From Bacteroidales bacterium (lineage in GTDB: Bacteria; Bacteroidota; Bacteroidia; Bacteroidales; Bacteroidaceae): DNA of 64,000 nucleotides. Of this stretch, positions 29,754 to 38,797 are shown piece by piece. Numbering within the stretch: the first letter of the stretch is position 1; every line of letters starts with the position of its first letter. The stretch lies in NCBI GenBank assembly GCA_004557185.1, contig SFEP01000002.1, positions 8,672 through 72,671 of the forward strand. The letters run 5' to 3'. Under the pieces are notes generated by a model. That model was not told where the DNA came from and made no database searches. It saw only the letters and a list, made by a program, of their open reading frames with translations. The position numbers were made by a program, and so were the translations under genes.

Positions 29754-30109
29754 AACAATCAATCGTGCTGTTAAAAAAGGGAAATAGTTAATGTGTCTGT
29801 TATAGCCAGGATAGTTTTTTCACCCTTTGGCTTTCCAAATACCCAGGCCGTCGTACACATGCTCGTTGCATACCTGTTCTTGACAACCTGTGGCTACGAA
29901 ATTGTATTTCGCGCAGCAAAATTACAACTTTCTTTCGGATGGACACACAACGGTTTATCTTTAATCATTTCTTTTTAATAAATTATTATGCAAGGGGTTA
30001 ATAATCCTATTTTTTGTCAAGTAGAGTTGCAAGTTTTTATACCCTCCCCCAAGTACTGCGCAACCATGGGCAGCATGAAGCATACCGTGGCACAGCTCCC
30101 ACAGGGCGC

Positions 30110-30163
30110 AAAAAAGAGGCCGTGTAAAGAACTGCACACGTGGGGCGCATTCTTTACACGACC
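30110..30163 (-). terminator. Intrinsic terminator after the sulfatase gene
   Basis: CGTGTAAAGAA/TTCTTTACACG stem followed on the minus strand by CTCTTTTTT. Confidence 0.7.
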
Positions 30164-30194
30164 ACAGATAGGGTTCACACGGCTGGGTGAAAAT

Positions 30195-30274
30195 AATGGA
30201 TGCCGCAAAGAAAAACGCTCACCAGGTGCAGAAGGACGCTCACCAGGTAAAGATTTTTCTTCACGGCATCTATT
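30195..30274. repeat. 72-bp GATGC-N62-GCATC element, core type C
   Basis: Imperfect 21-bp terminal inverted repeat AATGGATGCCGCAAAGAAAAA / TTTTTCTTCACGGCATCTATT; ACGCTCACCAGGT at 30215 and 30236. Confidence 0.75.
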
Positions 30275-30313
30275 TGATACGGTAGGGTGGACTGCACGGC
30301 GGCAGTGGGTGGG

Positions 30314-31864
30314 TTACATCTCGTTGAACTTCAGCGCGGCCTGGTCGTCATACTGCTGCTGCAAGCGTATGAGTTCCTTTTTCAGCTCGGCCGTTTTCTG
30401 TTCGGTGCCGGGCTGTCCGTAGAGGTTGTGAAGCTCGTTGGGATCGTCGTTCAGGTTGTAGAGTTCCCACGCGTTGATGTCGCGATAGAAGTGGATGAGC
30501 TTCCAGCCGTCAGAGGTGCGCACGCCGTAGTGGCGCTTCACGCTGTGCTCGGCTGGGTACTCGTAGTAATGGTAATACACGCTTTTGCGCCAGTTTTTGG
30601 GGTGCTTGCCCTGCAGCAGCGGCAGGAGCGAGGTGCCCTGAATGTCGGCGGGCACGGCCACACCTGCTATCTGCAGGAAGGTGGGCGCGTAGTCAATGTT
30701 CTGCACCATCTCCTGTATGTCGCCGCGGGCTTTAAGTCCCTTGGGCAGACGCATTACGAGGGGCGTAGAGAGCGACTCTTCGTACATAAAACGCTTGTCG
30801 AACCATCCGTGCTCGCCCATGTAGAAGCCCTGGTCGCTGGTGTAGACCACGAGGGTGTTGTCGAGCAAGCCGGCCTGCTTGAGGTAGTCGAGGGTGCGCC
30901 CCACGTTGTCGTCGAGCGACTTGAGCACCTTGGCGTAGTCCCTCATGTAGCGCTGGTACTTGAACTCGGCCAGTTGTTTGCCCGTGAGGTTGCGGCGGTA
31001 GAAGTCGCGCGCCATGGGTTCGTACACGTCGTTGTAGCGCTGGAGGTCGGCACTGTCGAGGCGGCCTATCATTTTGAGGTAGAGGTCGGAGAGGCGTGTG
31101 CGGATGCCGGGGCGGTACATCTTCGTGTCGTAGACGATGTCCATGTGGCGGTTGTCAGCAATCTGCATCTCTTGCTGCTGTGCGGCGAGGCGGCCTTCGT
31201 GCTGATCGTAGAAGGTTTCGGGCACGGGGAAGGTTTTGTCCTCGTAGGCGGTGAGGTACTTCATTTCAGGCAACCAGCATCGGTGGCAGGGCTTGTGGTG
31301 GATGAAGAGGGCAAAGGGTTTGCTCTTGTCGCGGCTATGCTCCATCCAGTTGATGGCCTTGTCGGTGATGACGTTGGTAATGTATCCATGCTCACGCACT
31401 GTGTCGTTCTGCATGGTGATGAAGTCGGGGTTGTAGTAGTCGCCCTGTCCCGGCAGCACGTTCCAGTAGTCGAAGCCCGTGGGCAGGCTTTCGAGGTGCC
31501 ACTTACCGATGATGGCTGTCTGGTAGCCCGCCTGCTGCAAGAGTTTGGGCATGGTTTGCTGCGTACCGTCGAAGATGCCGTTCTCGTTGTGCGTGAAGCC
31601 GTTCTTGTGGGAGTGCTTACCCGTAAGCATGCAGGCTCGTGAAGGACCAGAGAGTGAGTTGGCCACGTAGCTATTGACAAACCGCACACCGTCGGCGGCT
31701 ATGCGGTCGAGGTTGGGCGTCTCTACGAAGCGGTTGTCGTAACAGCTCATCATCTGCGCCGTGTGGTCGTCGGTCATGATGTAGACGATGTTGTAGCGTG
31801 CCTGCGCGGCTGCCACAGCAGGGAGCAGTGTGAGAATCGAGGGGAGAATGATTTTCTTTTCCAT
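30314..31864 (-). CDS. Ser-type family S1 sulfatase, MdsA-like (probable N-acetylglucosamine-6-sulfatase)
   Basis: IMTDDH, SGPSRACMLTG (SxPxR), GKWHL, SDQG...GEHG..DKR, YHYYEYP..H.V..HYG. Confidence 0.9.
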   Translation of the reverse strand: MEKKIILPSILTLLPAVAAAQARYNIVYIMTDDHTAQMMSCYDNRFVETPNLDRIAADGVRFVNSYVANSLSGPSRACMLTGKHSHKNGFTHNENGIFDGTQQTMPKLLQQAGYQTAIIGKWHLESLPTGFDYWNVLPGQGDYYNPDFITMQNDTVREHGYITNVITDKAINWMEHSRDKSKPFALFIHHKPCHRCWLPEMKYLTAYEDKTFPVPETFYDQHEGRLAAQQQEMQIADNRHMDIVYDTKMYRPGIRTRLSDLYLKMIGRLDSADLQRYNDVYEPMARDFYRRNLTGKQLAEFKYQRYMRDYAKVLKSLDDNVGRTLDYLKQAGLLDNTLVVYTSDQGFYMGEHGWFDKRFMYEESLSTPLVMRLPKGLKARGDIQEMVQNIDYAPTFLQIAGVAVPADIQGTSLLPLLQGKHPKNWRKSVYYHYYEYPAEHSVKRHYGVRTSDGWKLIHFYRDINAWELYNLNDDPNELHNLYGQPGTEQKTAELKKELIRLQQQYDDQAALKFNEM

Positions 31865-31933
31865 AAATAAATGATAAAGGATAAGCCAGTGAGCATTTTT
31901 CTATCAGGCTTTCCCGTAAGCAAAACAGACGAA

Positions 31934-32029
31934 GTCGGTTGCCCACGGCCGTGGGCAACGTTGCACATGGTCGAGGACAACGTTGCACACGGCCGTGGAC
32001 AACGTTGTACACGGCCGTGGGCAACCGAC
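31934..32029. repeat. Array of four 22-bp palindromic units, copy 2
   Basis: Units at 31937, 31959, 31981 and 32003; flanked by GTCGGTTGC...GCAACCGAC. Confidence 0.9.
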
Positions 32030-32225
32030 CATGCCTTATGTTGCCGCGGCTTGGCGGCGTGCCGTCAGCAGCACGTGCATGCTTGCCACGGTGTGAGCCG
32101 ATGGCCACGTGTGCCTCAGCTATGTGGGGCTGGCATGCGCCGTAACGACTTGCGGCCGGCCGACGGAGCGGGCTGCACCAGGTGCGCCCCGCGCCCGCCA
32201 GACCGGCCGCAAGCACGGAAGGGGT

Positions 32226-33623
32226 TTATCCCTGTTTGGTCATGTTGTAGACGATGTCCATGATCTGCTTGCCGAGGGCATCGGCCTCCTCCATGGTGTG
32301 AGCCTCGGAGTAGACGCGGATGATGGGCTCGGTGTTACTCTTGCGCAGATGCACCCACTTGTCGGCGAAGTCGATTTTGACGCCGTCGATGTCGGTCACG
32401 GTTTCGTTCTTGTAGAGTTCCTTCACCTTCTTGAGGATGTTGAAGATGTCGGTGGTGGGATCGAGGTCGATGCGGTTCTTGGCAATGAAATACTGCGGCA
32501 GGCTGTCGCGGAGTTCGCTGGCCTTCATGCCGGTCTTGGCAAGGTAGGTCAGGATGAGGGCAATGCCTACGAGGGCATCGCGGCCGCTGTGGGCGGCAGG
32601 ATAGATGACGCCGCCGTTGCCTTCGCCTCCGAGCACAGCTCCTGTTTCGCGCATCTTCATCACCACGTTCACCTCACCTACAGCTGCTGCGGTGTAGTTG
32701 CAGCCGTACTTTTCGGTCACGTCGCGCAGACCGCGGCTCGACGAAAGGTTCGACACAGTGGGGCCAGGGGTGTGCTGAAGCACGTAGTCGGCCACAGCCA
32801 CGAGGGTGTTCTCCTCGCCAAACATGGTGCCGTCTTCGCAGACGAGTGCGAGGCGGTCGACATCGGGGTCAACCACAATGCCGAGGTCGTGACGGCCCTT
32901 GCGCAGGAGGTTGCGAATTTCGCTCAGGTTCTCCTTGAGGGGCTCGGGGTTGTGGGCAAAGTCACCCGTAGGCTCTGTGTTGAGGCCCGTGACTTCGGTT
33001 ACGCCCAACTGGCCGAGGAGTTTGGGCAGGATGATGCCGCCGACGGAGTTGACGGTATCAATGGCCACGGTGAAGTGGGCGCGGCGGATGGCGTCGATGT
33101 CAACGAGTTCAAGATCCTTGACGAGTTCGATGTGGCGCTGGTCGTAGCTATAGTTCTTCACGTAGCAGCCGAGGTTGTCGACATCAGCAAACTCGAAGTC
33201 GCTGCTGTTGGCCTTACGCACTACCTCTGAAGCCTCTGCGGGGGGCAGGAATTCGCCTTTTTCGTTGAGGAACTTAAGGGCGTTCCACTGACGGGGGTTG
33301 TGGCTGGCGGTGATGATGATGCCACCGCAGGCACGCTCCATGGTGACAGCAATCTCGGTGGTAGGCGTGGAAGCCAGACCGATGTTCACTACGTCGAAGC
33401 CCATGCTCATGAGCGTACCGCACACAACGTGGGTTACCATTTCGCCCGAGATACGGGCATCGCGACCTACCACAATTTTGCGGCGGAAGGTGCGGTTCAC
33501 CACCTTTTCGCGCAGGGCTGCATAGGCCGATACGCTCTTGGCAATGTCAACGGGGTTCAGGGTATCGCCGGCACGGCCACCGATGGTGCCGCGGAAGCCG
33601 GAGATGGATTTGATAAGTGTCAT
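32226..33623 (-). CDS. glmM: Phosphoglucosamine mutase (phosphohexomutase family)
   Basis: MTLIKSISGFRGTIGG, TASHNP, DPDVDR, GEGNGG, RKSNTEP. Confidence 0.9.
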   Translation of the reverse strand: MTLIKSISGFRGTIGGRAGDTLNPVDIAKSVSAYAALREKVVNRTFRRKIVVGRDARISGEMVTHVVCGTLMSMGFDVVNIGLASTPTTEIAVTMERACGGIIITASHNPRQWNALKFLNEKGEFLPPAEASEVVRKANSSDFEFADVDNLGCYVKNYSYDQRHIELVKDLELVDIDAIRRAHFTVAIDTVNSVGGIILPKLLGQLGVTEVTGLNTEPTGDFAHNPEPLKENLSEIRNLLRKGRHDLGIVVDPDVDRLALVCEDGTMFGEENTLVAVADYVLQHTPGPTVSNLSSSRGLRDVTEKYGCNYTAAAVGEVNVVMKMRETGAVLGGEGNGGVIYPAAHSGRDALVGIALILTYLAKTGMKASELRDSLPQYFIAKNRIDLDPTTDIFNILKKVKELYKNETVTDIDGVKIDFADKWVHLRKSNTEPIIRVYSEAHTMEEADALGKQIMDIVYNMTKQG

Positions 33624-33897
33624 GGTATAATAGGGTTATGTTTTGGATTGCCTGAGGCTGTAGGCACACTGGTAGGCGTTCGCCCTTCTTGCAACGGGCT
33701 GAACGGACGTTGTGCAAAGACAAGCGCAGCAAACGGCTTGCATGCCACAAAATTAGGTATTCTTGCTGATAATGGGCACGGGGCAGGCGCATTTTTTCAC
33801 ATCTTCCTCTACATTTAGCCCTACGGGGGCAGCTGACTGGCCGCCGCAGGGCTGTGCTCCACGCCCGCCGGCAACCATTTTCCCTCGTCTCGGCGGT

Positions 33898-35481
33898 TTA
33901 CTTGCCGTAACGCACGGGCTGCGCCTTGTCGTCGGCGTAGATGCAGGCTTTCAGGTCGTCGGGACTGACGGGCACGGCGTCGCGGGTGAGTTCGGGCACG
34001 TTGTAACTCTTGGTGAGCCACACGTTCTGCCGCGGGTCGTGCTGGGGCATGAGGAAGGCCTTATGACTCTTGCCTTGCTTGTCGAAGTAGGCTATGTAGG
34101 CACGGCTGTAGGAGGCGTCGTCGCGGCGCGAGGCCACTACGATCCAGCGTCCGTTGCTGCTCCAGGCGTGGTAGCTCTCCTGACGCGGACTGTTGGCGGC
34201 TGCGAGGGGTTCGACCTGCCCCGTCTGGAGGTCCTTGACGTAGAGGTCGGCTGAGAGGTGCCAGATGTGGAACTGGCCGTAGTCGGCCATAGTGAAGAGT
34301 ACATAGCGACCGTCGGGACTGACGCGGGGCACGGCGGCGCTGCGCCCCATGGCGGCACAGTCGACCTCGACCTGCGGTGCGCCCCAAGTGCGGGTGGCGG
34401 GGTCGAAGGTCATGCTCATCACGTTGTAATGCAACTGGGTGTAGAGGTTGGTGACGAGGTCGCGACGCTGGTCGGTGTTGAGTCCCTCAAACTGCGCCAC
34501 GTGGGCCGAGCAGTAGTAGAGTTTGCGGCCATCGGGAGCCCAGCAGGGAAAGGTTTCGAGGTCGGCATCGGTTTTGAGCACGTTGCACACGGTGTGACGC
34601 TCGGCGTCGTAGAAGATGAGGTCGGAGCCGTAGTCAATCACCTCGATTTTCTGTGGGTTACGCAGATGGAATGCCTGCCCCGTCTGGTTCGACGAGAAGA
34701 CCACCCAGTTGTGCTGCGGATGCCACGTGGGATAGACGGCCGAAGCGAGCAGGGAGTCGCTCTTCATGTTCATTTTCACCGCCTTGCCATTTTCCACAAA
34801 CACCGTCCCGCCGTGCTTGCCACGCACATGGAAGAGCATGCGGCGGGTGCTGTGGTTCTGGTAGTTGTGGCAGTTGATGCAATGGTTGTGGTCGCTCTCG
34901 TAGCGTCGGTTGTTCTCGTAGATGGTGCGTACGCCGAAGCCCTCGAGGTCGCGCTGGTAGAGGCCGAGCTGGCGGTAGATTTCGTAGGAGGGCTCGATGA
35001 GGCGATAGGAGAGGTAGCGGTCGATTTCCTCCTCTGCCACATGCATGGTGTAGGCCGGCAGGCTCACCCATTCGCCCTCACGCTGGGCATAGAGGCTGAC
35101 GCGGAGGTCGTGGCCACGGGTTTGCGAGAGCAGGGTGCGCCACTGCAGGGAGTCGAACTGCAGCACGCCGTCGGCTCCCGCTGCGGCGGTGATGGAGTGG
35201 CTGCCGGCGCTGATGTGTGCTACGAAGGCTGTGCCGGCATTCTTCACCTGCATGTTGAGTGGGGCAATGTTGGGCGGGATGACCACGTCGCGGTAGTCGG
35301 GGAAGGTATGGGGCGCTTCGCTCACAGGACGGCTGTGGGCCGGCACCTCGGCCTTCGGGCGGGAGCAGGCGGCGAGCCACAGGGCGGCCAGGAGGAGCAC
35401 GGCCAGCGCGTGAAGGCCGTGGGTGAGGGTGCGGAGGTGGTGGGTGGTTGTCATGAGTAGGCTTGTGATGGCAGGGTGCAT
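33898..35481 (-). CDS. TolB-like/PD40 beta-propeller lipoprotein
   Basis: LWLAAC lipobox; FPDY....PPNIAPLN, YRLIEP, CINCH, FPCWAPDG, PRVSPDG, WSSNGRW, SYNVPE. Start may be 35454. Confidence 0.8.
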   Translation of the reverse strand: MHPAITSLLMTTTHHLRTLTHGLHALAVLLLAALWLAACSRPKAEVPAHSRPVSEAPHTFPDYRDVVIPPNIAPLNMQVKNAGTAFVAHISAGSHSITAAAGADGVLQFDSLQWRTLLSQTRGHDLRVSLYAQREGEWVSLPAYTMHVAEEEIDRYLSYRLIEPSYEIYRQLGLYQRDLEGFGVRTIYENNRRYESDHNHCINCHNYQNHSTRRMLFHVRGKHGGTVFVENGKAVKMNMKSDSLLASAVYPTWHPQHNWVVFSSNQTGQAFHLRNPQKIEVIDYGSDLIFYDAERHTVCNVLKTDADLETFPCWAPDGRKLYYCSAHVAQFEGLNTDQRRDLVTNLYTQLHYNVMSMTFDPATRTWGAPQVEVDCAAMGRSAAVPRVSPDGRYVLFTMADYGQFHIWHLSADLYVKDLQTGQVEPLAAANSPRQESYHAWSSNGRWIVVASRRDDASYSRAYIAYFDKQGKSHKAFLMPQHDPRQNVWLTKSYNVPELTRDAVPVSPDDLKACIYADDKAQPVRYGK

Positions 35482-35509
35482 GCGCCGCGCTGCGGGGCCT
35501 GCGGCGGGG

Positions 35510-37120
35510 TCAGTTCACGCCGTGGCTGTCGGTTTGCGTTTGCGGTTTGCGCACCTGATCGGGGTCGTTGTTTTCGGTGTAATAGTAGTAGACGTAGGTG
35601 CCGAGCCAGTCCTTCTTGAGTTCGTGGCGCAGCGCGAGGCGGTCTTTCACATAGGGCTTGGCATCGAGCAGGAAGGCTCTGACTTGCGACTGGGCATACT
35701 GTGCCACCTGCGGGAACTCCTGCAACAGGGCGGGCTGCTTGAGGGACATGATGGCCAGGGCTTGCAGGACACAGGCGGGCAGACTCACCCCTTTTTGCTG
35801 CATGATGCGCACACGGGGCAGGAGGCTCTGCAGGTCCTTGGTGTAGAGGCAGGCGGCCACCGAGGTGATGAGGGTGGCGTCGGTGCCCTGCTGCAGGAGC
35901 AGGTTGTAGCCAAGGAAAGCAGGCGGCATGTAGTTTTGCTCAAAATTCTTTTCAAGCGGCAGGCGCGACATCACACGACGCAGGTCGTCGTTCTGCTGGA
36001 GCAGGGTGCTGTCGGCCAGCATGGCGCGATATTCCTGCACAAACTTGTCCTCGCCGGGGTTCATGGCCACGAGGTCGAGGTATTTGTCACACAGTTCCCG
36101 TTCACCCGCCACGAGGGCGCAACGCACCATGAGTTTGAACGACGAGAGGCTGGGGCCGTAGGTGACAACGCGGTCCATGGCGCAGCGGTAGGCGGCGTTA
36201 GTCAGTCCCGCGTAGAAGTTGCAGGGTGCAAGGAGGAGGTTGTACTCATCGTTGCCGCCCAAGCTGTCGAGGCGTGCTTTGGGGAAATCGTAGGGAATGT
36301 CGAAGAGGCCGTCGAGCAACTGATCGGTCTGCAGCAGCGCGATGGCGTGGTAAGCCGCCACGGTACGCGTGGGACGATCGGCCTGGCGTGCGGCTTCAAT
36401 GATTTCATCCCAACGCTGCTCGTCGGCCAGGTTCTGCACCCGTGCGGTGAGCATTTCGTTGGCGTTGACGGTGCGCGCCGCCACGGTGGCACCCGCCACA
36501 AGGAGCAGGGTGAGGAGCAGGCCCAGAGGCTGCGCGGGGACGCTTGCGGCGGCCGGCCACTTGGCCAAACGCGCCACGAGGGCTGCCACGCCGGCCAGCA
36601 GGGCGGTGAGCAGCAGCACACCCACTGGAATGAGCACCACGAGCGACGGCTCAGACATGAAGTAGAGGTTGGTGCCGCGCACTATCATCCACGCCACGCA
36701 GCCTGCAGCCAGCACGTAACCCGTACCCCACCAGCGCGACGGCAAACGGAACAGGCGGTCGAAGGCCAGGGCTGTGAGCGTGAACACCAGTGAGAGGAAT
36801 GCGCCGGCGCTGGCTGCCCAACGGCACACCAGCAGCAGATAGCGCCCCGCCCAGTAGAGGTAGCCGAAGGGGCTACTCACAATGTAATACATGGTGTCGG
36901 CCGACGACGACACGTAGCTCTCCTGCACGGCACGCACAAACATGTCGCCGTAGACGAAGGTGAGAAAAAGGAACCACAGCAGGAAGCCACCGCCGTAGAC
37001 GCACCAAGCCAAGGCGCGCCCTTGCAGCGAAAAGCGGGTGCGGCGTTTCGACTTCACATTGCTGGCTGCCGCAGCGCGTGGGGCTTGCGGTGCGGCGGAT
37101 TTTTGTTGTTTCTTTGCCAC
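35510..37120 (-). CDS. Multi-pass membrane protein with TPR-like C-terminus (DUF6057-like)
   Basis: N-terminal TM helices; ..WDEII.., helical C-region, GTY.YYYY terminus; usual partner of the adjacent TolB-like gene. Confidence 0.7.
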   Translation of the reverse strand: MAKKQQKSAAPQAPRAAAASNVKSKRRTRFSLQGRALAWCVYGGGFLLWFLFLTFVYGDMFVRAVQESYVSSSADTMYYIVSSPFGYLYWAGRYLLLVCRWAASAGAFLSLVFTLTALAFDRLFRLPSRWWGTGYVLAAGCVAWMIVRGTNLYFMSEPSLVVLIPVGVLLLTALLAGVAALVARLAKWPAAASVPAQPLGLLLTLLLVAGATVAARTVNANEMLTARVQNLADEQRWDEIIEAARQADRPTRTVAAYHAIALLQTDQLLDGLFDIPYDFPKARLDSLGGNDEYNLLLAPCNFYAGLTNAAYRCAMDRVVTYGPSLSSFKLMVRCALVAGERELCDKYLDLVAMNPGEDKFVQEYRAMLADSTLLQQNDDLRRVMSRLPLEKNFEQNYMPPAFLGYNLLLQQGTDATLITSVAACLYTKDLQSLLPRVRIMQQKGVSLPACVLQALAIMSLKQPALLQEFPQVAQYAQSQVRAFLLDAKPYVKDRLALRHELKKDWLGTYVYYYYTENNDPDQVRKPQTQTDSHGVN

Positions 37121-37256
37121 TGATTGGGTGTGTTTTTGTCGGCTGCAAAGTTAATTATCCTTTTTGGCACAGCCAATGCGCAAGGTGCGGTTTTCGGAGA
37201 AGAGGCTTAGGCACAAAGGGCGCGTAGTGGCATTTTCCCCACCTTTTTTCACCTCA

Positions 37257-37328
37257 TTTTTACATCACACATGCGAGCCTCACAGGGGGATGAATGGCCC
37301 TGCGTGGCTCGCATGTGTGATGTAAAAA
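37257..37328. repeat. 23-bp perfect inverted repeat
   Basis: TTTTTACATCACACATGCGAGCC ... GGCTCGCATGTGTGATGTAAAAA. Confidence 0.85.
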
Positions 37329-37370
37329 AAACGGAGGGTATGGAAGGGAGAGATGGGAAAACGCCTCCCC

Positions 37371-37997
37371 TTACTTCTGCAACCGCTGCTGCGTGAGGGC
37401 GGAGAGGATGTAGAGTTGCATCATGGCCACGGCGCGGGCGTTCTCGCCGCCGTTGGGGATGATGATGTCGGCATATTGCTTGGTGGGCTCGATGAACTCG
37501 TCGTGCATGGGTTTAAGCACGTTGCGGTATTTTGTCACCAGCATTTCGAGCGGATGTCCGCGCTCTGCGGTGTCGCGCTCAATGACGCGGAGCAGACGTT
37601 CGTCAGGCCCTGCATCTACAAATATCTTGAGGTCCATCTGGTCGCGCAGACTTTTGTCGTAAAGCGTCATGATGCCCTCCACAATGATGACGTCGCGCGG
37701 CTCCACATGCACCGTTTCGGGCAAACGGGTGCAAGTGATGTAAGAATAGGTGGGTTGCTCAATGGAGCGCCCCGCCTTGAGTTCGGCTATCTGATGCGCC
37801 AAGAGCGGCCATTCGAAGGCGTCGGGGTGGTCGAAGTTGGTTTGCTTGCGCACCTCGAGGGGCAAATGGCTTTGGTCGTTGTAGTAGGAGTCCTGCGGTA
37901 TGACGGCCACGATGTCGGCAGGCAGGGAGTCCAGAATTTTGCGCACCACGGTGGTTTTGCCCGAGCCGGTGCCGCCCGCTATACCAATGATAAGCAT
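37371..37997 (-). CDS. udk: Uridine kinase
   Basis: MLIIGIAGGTGSGKTT, QDSYY, NFDHPDAF, RD..ERG, FIEPTKQYAD. Confidence 0.96.
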   Translation of the reverse strand: MLIIGIAGGTGSGKTTVVRKILDSLPADIVAVIPQDSYYNDQSHLPLEVRKQTNFDHPDAFEWPLLAHQIAELKAGRSIEQPTYSYITCTRLPETVHVEPRDVIIVEGIMTLYDKSLRDQMDLKIFVDAGPDERLLRVIERDTAERGHPLEMLVTKYRNVLKPMHDEFIEPTKQYADIIIPNGGENARAVAMMQLYILSALTQQRLQK

Positions 37998-38173
37998 GCC
38001 TTGTAAGGAGGGATGGAGGTGAATATGCTTGTGAGGATGCTGCTGCACGACCACGCCCTGAGTTGGCAGGGCGAGGTGCGGCATGCGTTGGGTTACCTAT
38101 TTGCAAAGGTAATTAAAATAGGTATAGGCAAAGCATATCCAAGGGGAAAGTTGTACCTTTGCGGCCAAAATGT

Positions 38174-38728
38174 ATGGACGCTTTTGACATCATACTGAGA
38201 TACTACCCACACGACGACGCGCTGCGCCGCCTGCTGCTGCACCACAGCCGGCAGGTGATGCGGCGTGCCTTGCGCATTGCTGCGCGCCACCCCGAGTTGG
38301 GCATGGACCGCGCCTTCCTGGTGCAGGCCGCCCTGCTGCACGATGTGGGCATCTTCATGACAAAAGCCCCAGGCATTCACTGCCACGGCACGCACCCCTA
38401 CCTGCTGCACGGCTATCTGGGTGCCGAACTGCTGCGCTCGCACGGCATGAACCGGCTGGCCAGGGTGTGCGAACGCCACACTGGCACGGGGCTGACGCCC
38501 GAGCAGATTGCCGCCCAGCAACTGCCGCTGCCGCCCGGCTCCTACGTGCCCGAAACGCCCGAGGAGCAACTGCTGTGCTACGCCGACAAGTTCTACTCGA
38601 AGAGCCATCCCGAGAGGGAGCGCACCGTGGCGCAGACAGCCGTCAGCCTGGAAAAGTTCGGGCACGACGGCGTGGCCAAGTTCATGGCTTGGGCCGAAAG
38701 GTTTGAGCCCGAACTGCCGAAAGATTAA
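38174..38728 (+). CDS. HD-domain phosphohydrolase
   Basis: LLHHS, LLHDVG, HGYLG, ERHTGTG, CYADKFYSK. Confidence 0.88.
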   Translation: MDAFDIILRYYPHDDALRRLLLHHSRQVMRRALRIAARHPELGMDRAFLVQAALLHDVGIFMTKAPGIHCHGTHPYLLHGYLGAELLRSHGMNRLARVCERHTGTGLTPEQIAAQQLPLPPGSYVPETPEEQLLCYADKFYSKSHPERERTVAQTAVSLEKFGHDGVAKFMAWAERFEPELPKD

Positions 38729-38797
38729 GGGGCTCTCAGGCTGAAACGCCTCACACACGGTTCTTAGCATTTTCTCCAAAAAACTTTCTCTATTTCC

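Noticed and set aside
29763..30110. Invertible (phase-variable) promoter for the DUF3575 operon
   Set aside because: I could not find inverted repeats flanking the -7 box, and no recombinase gene is adjacent.
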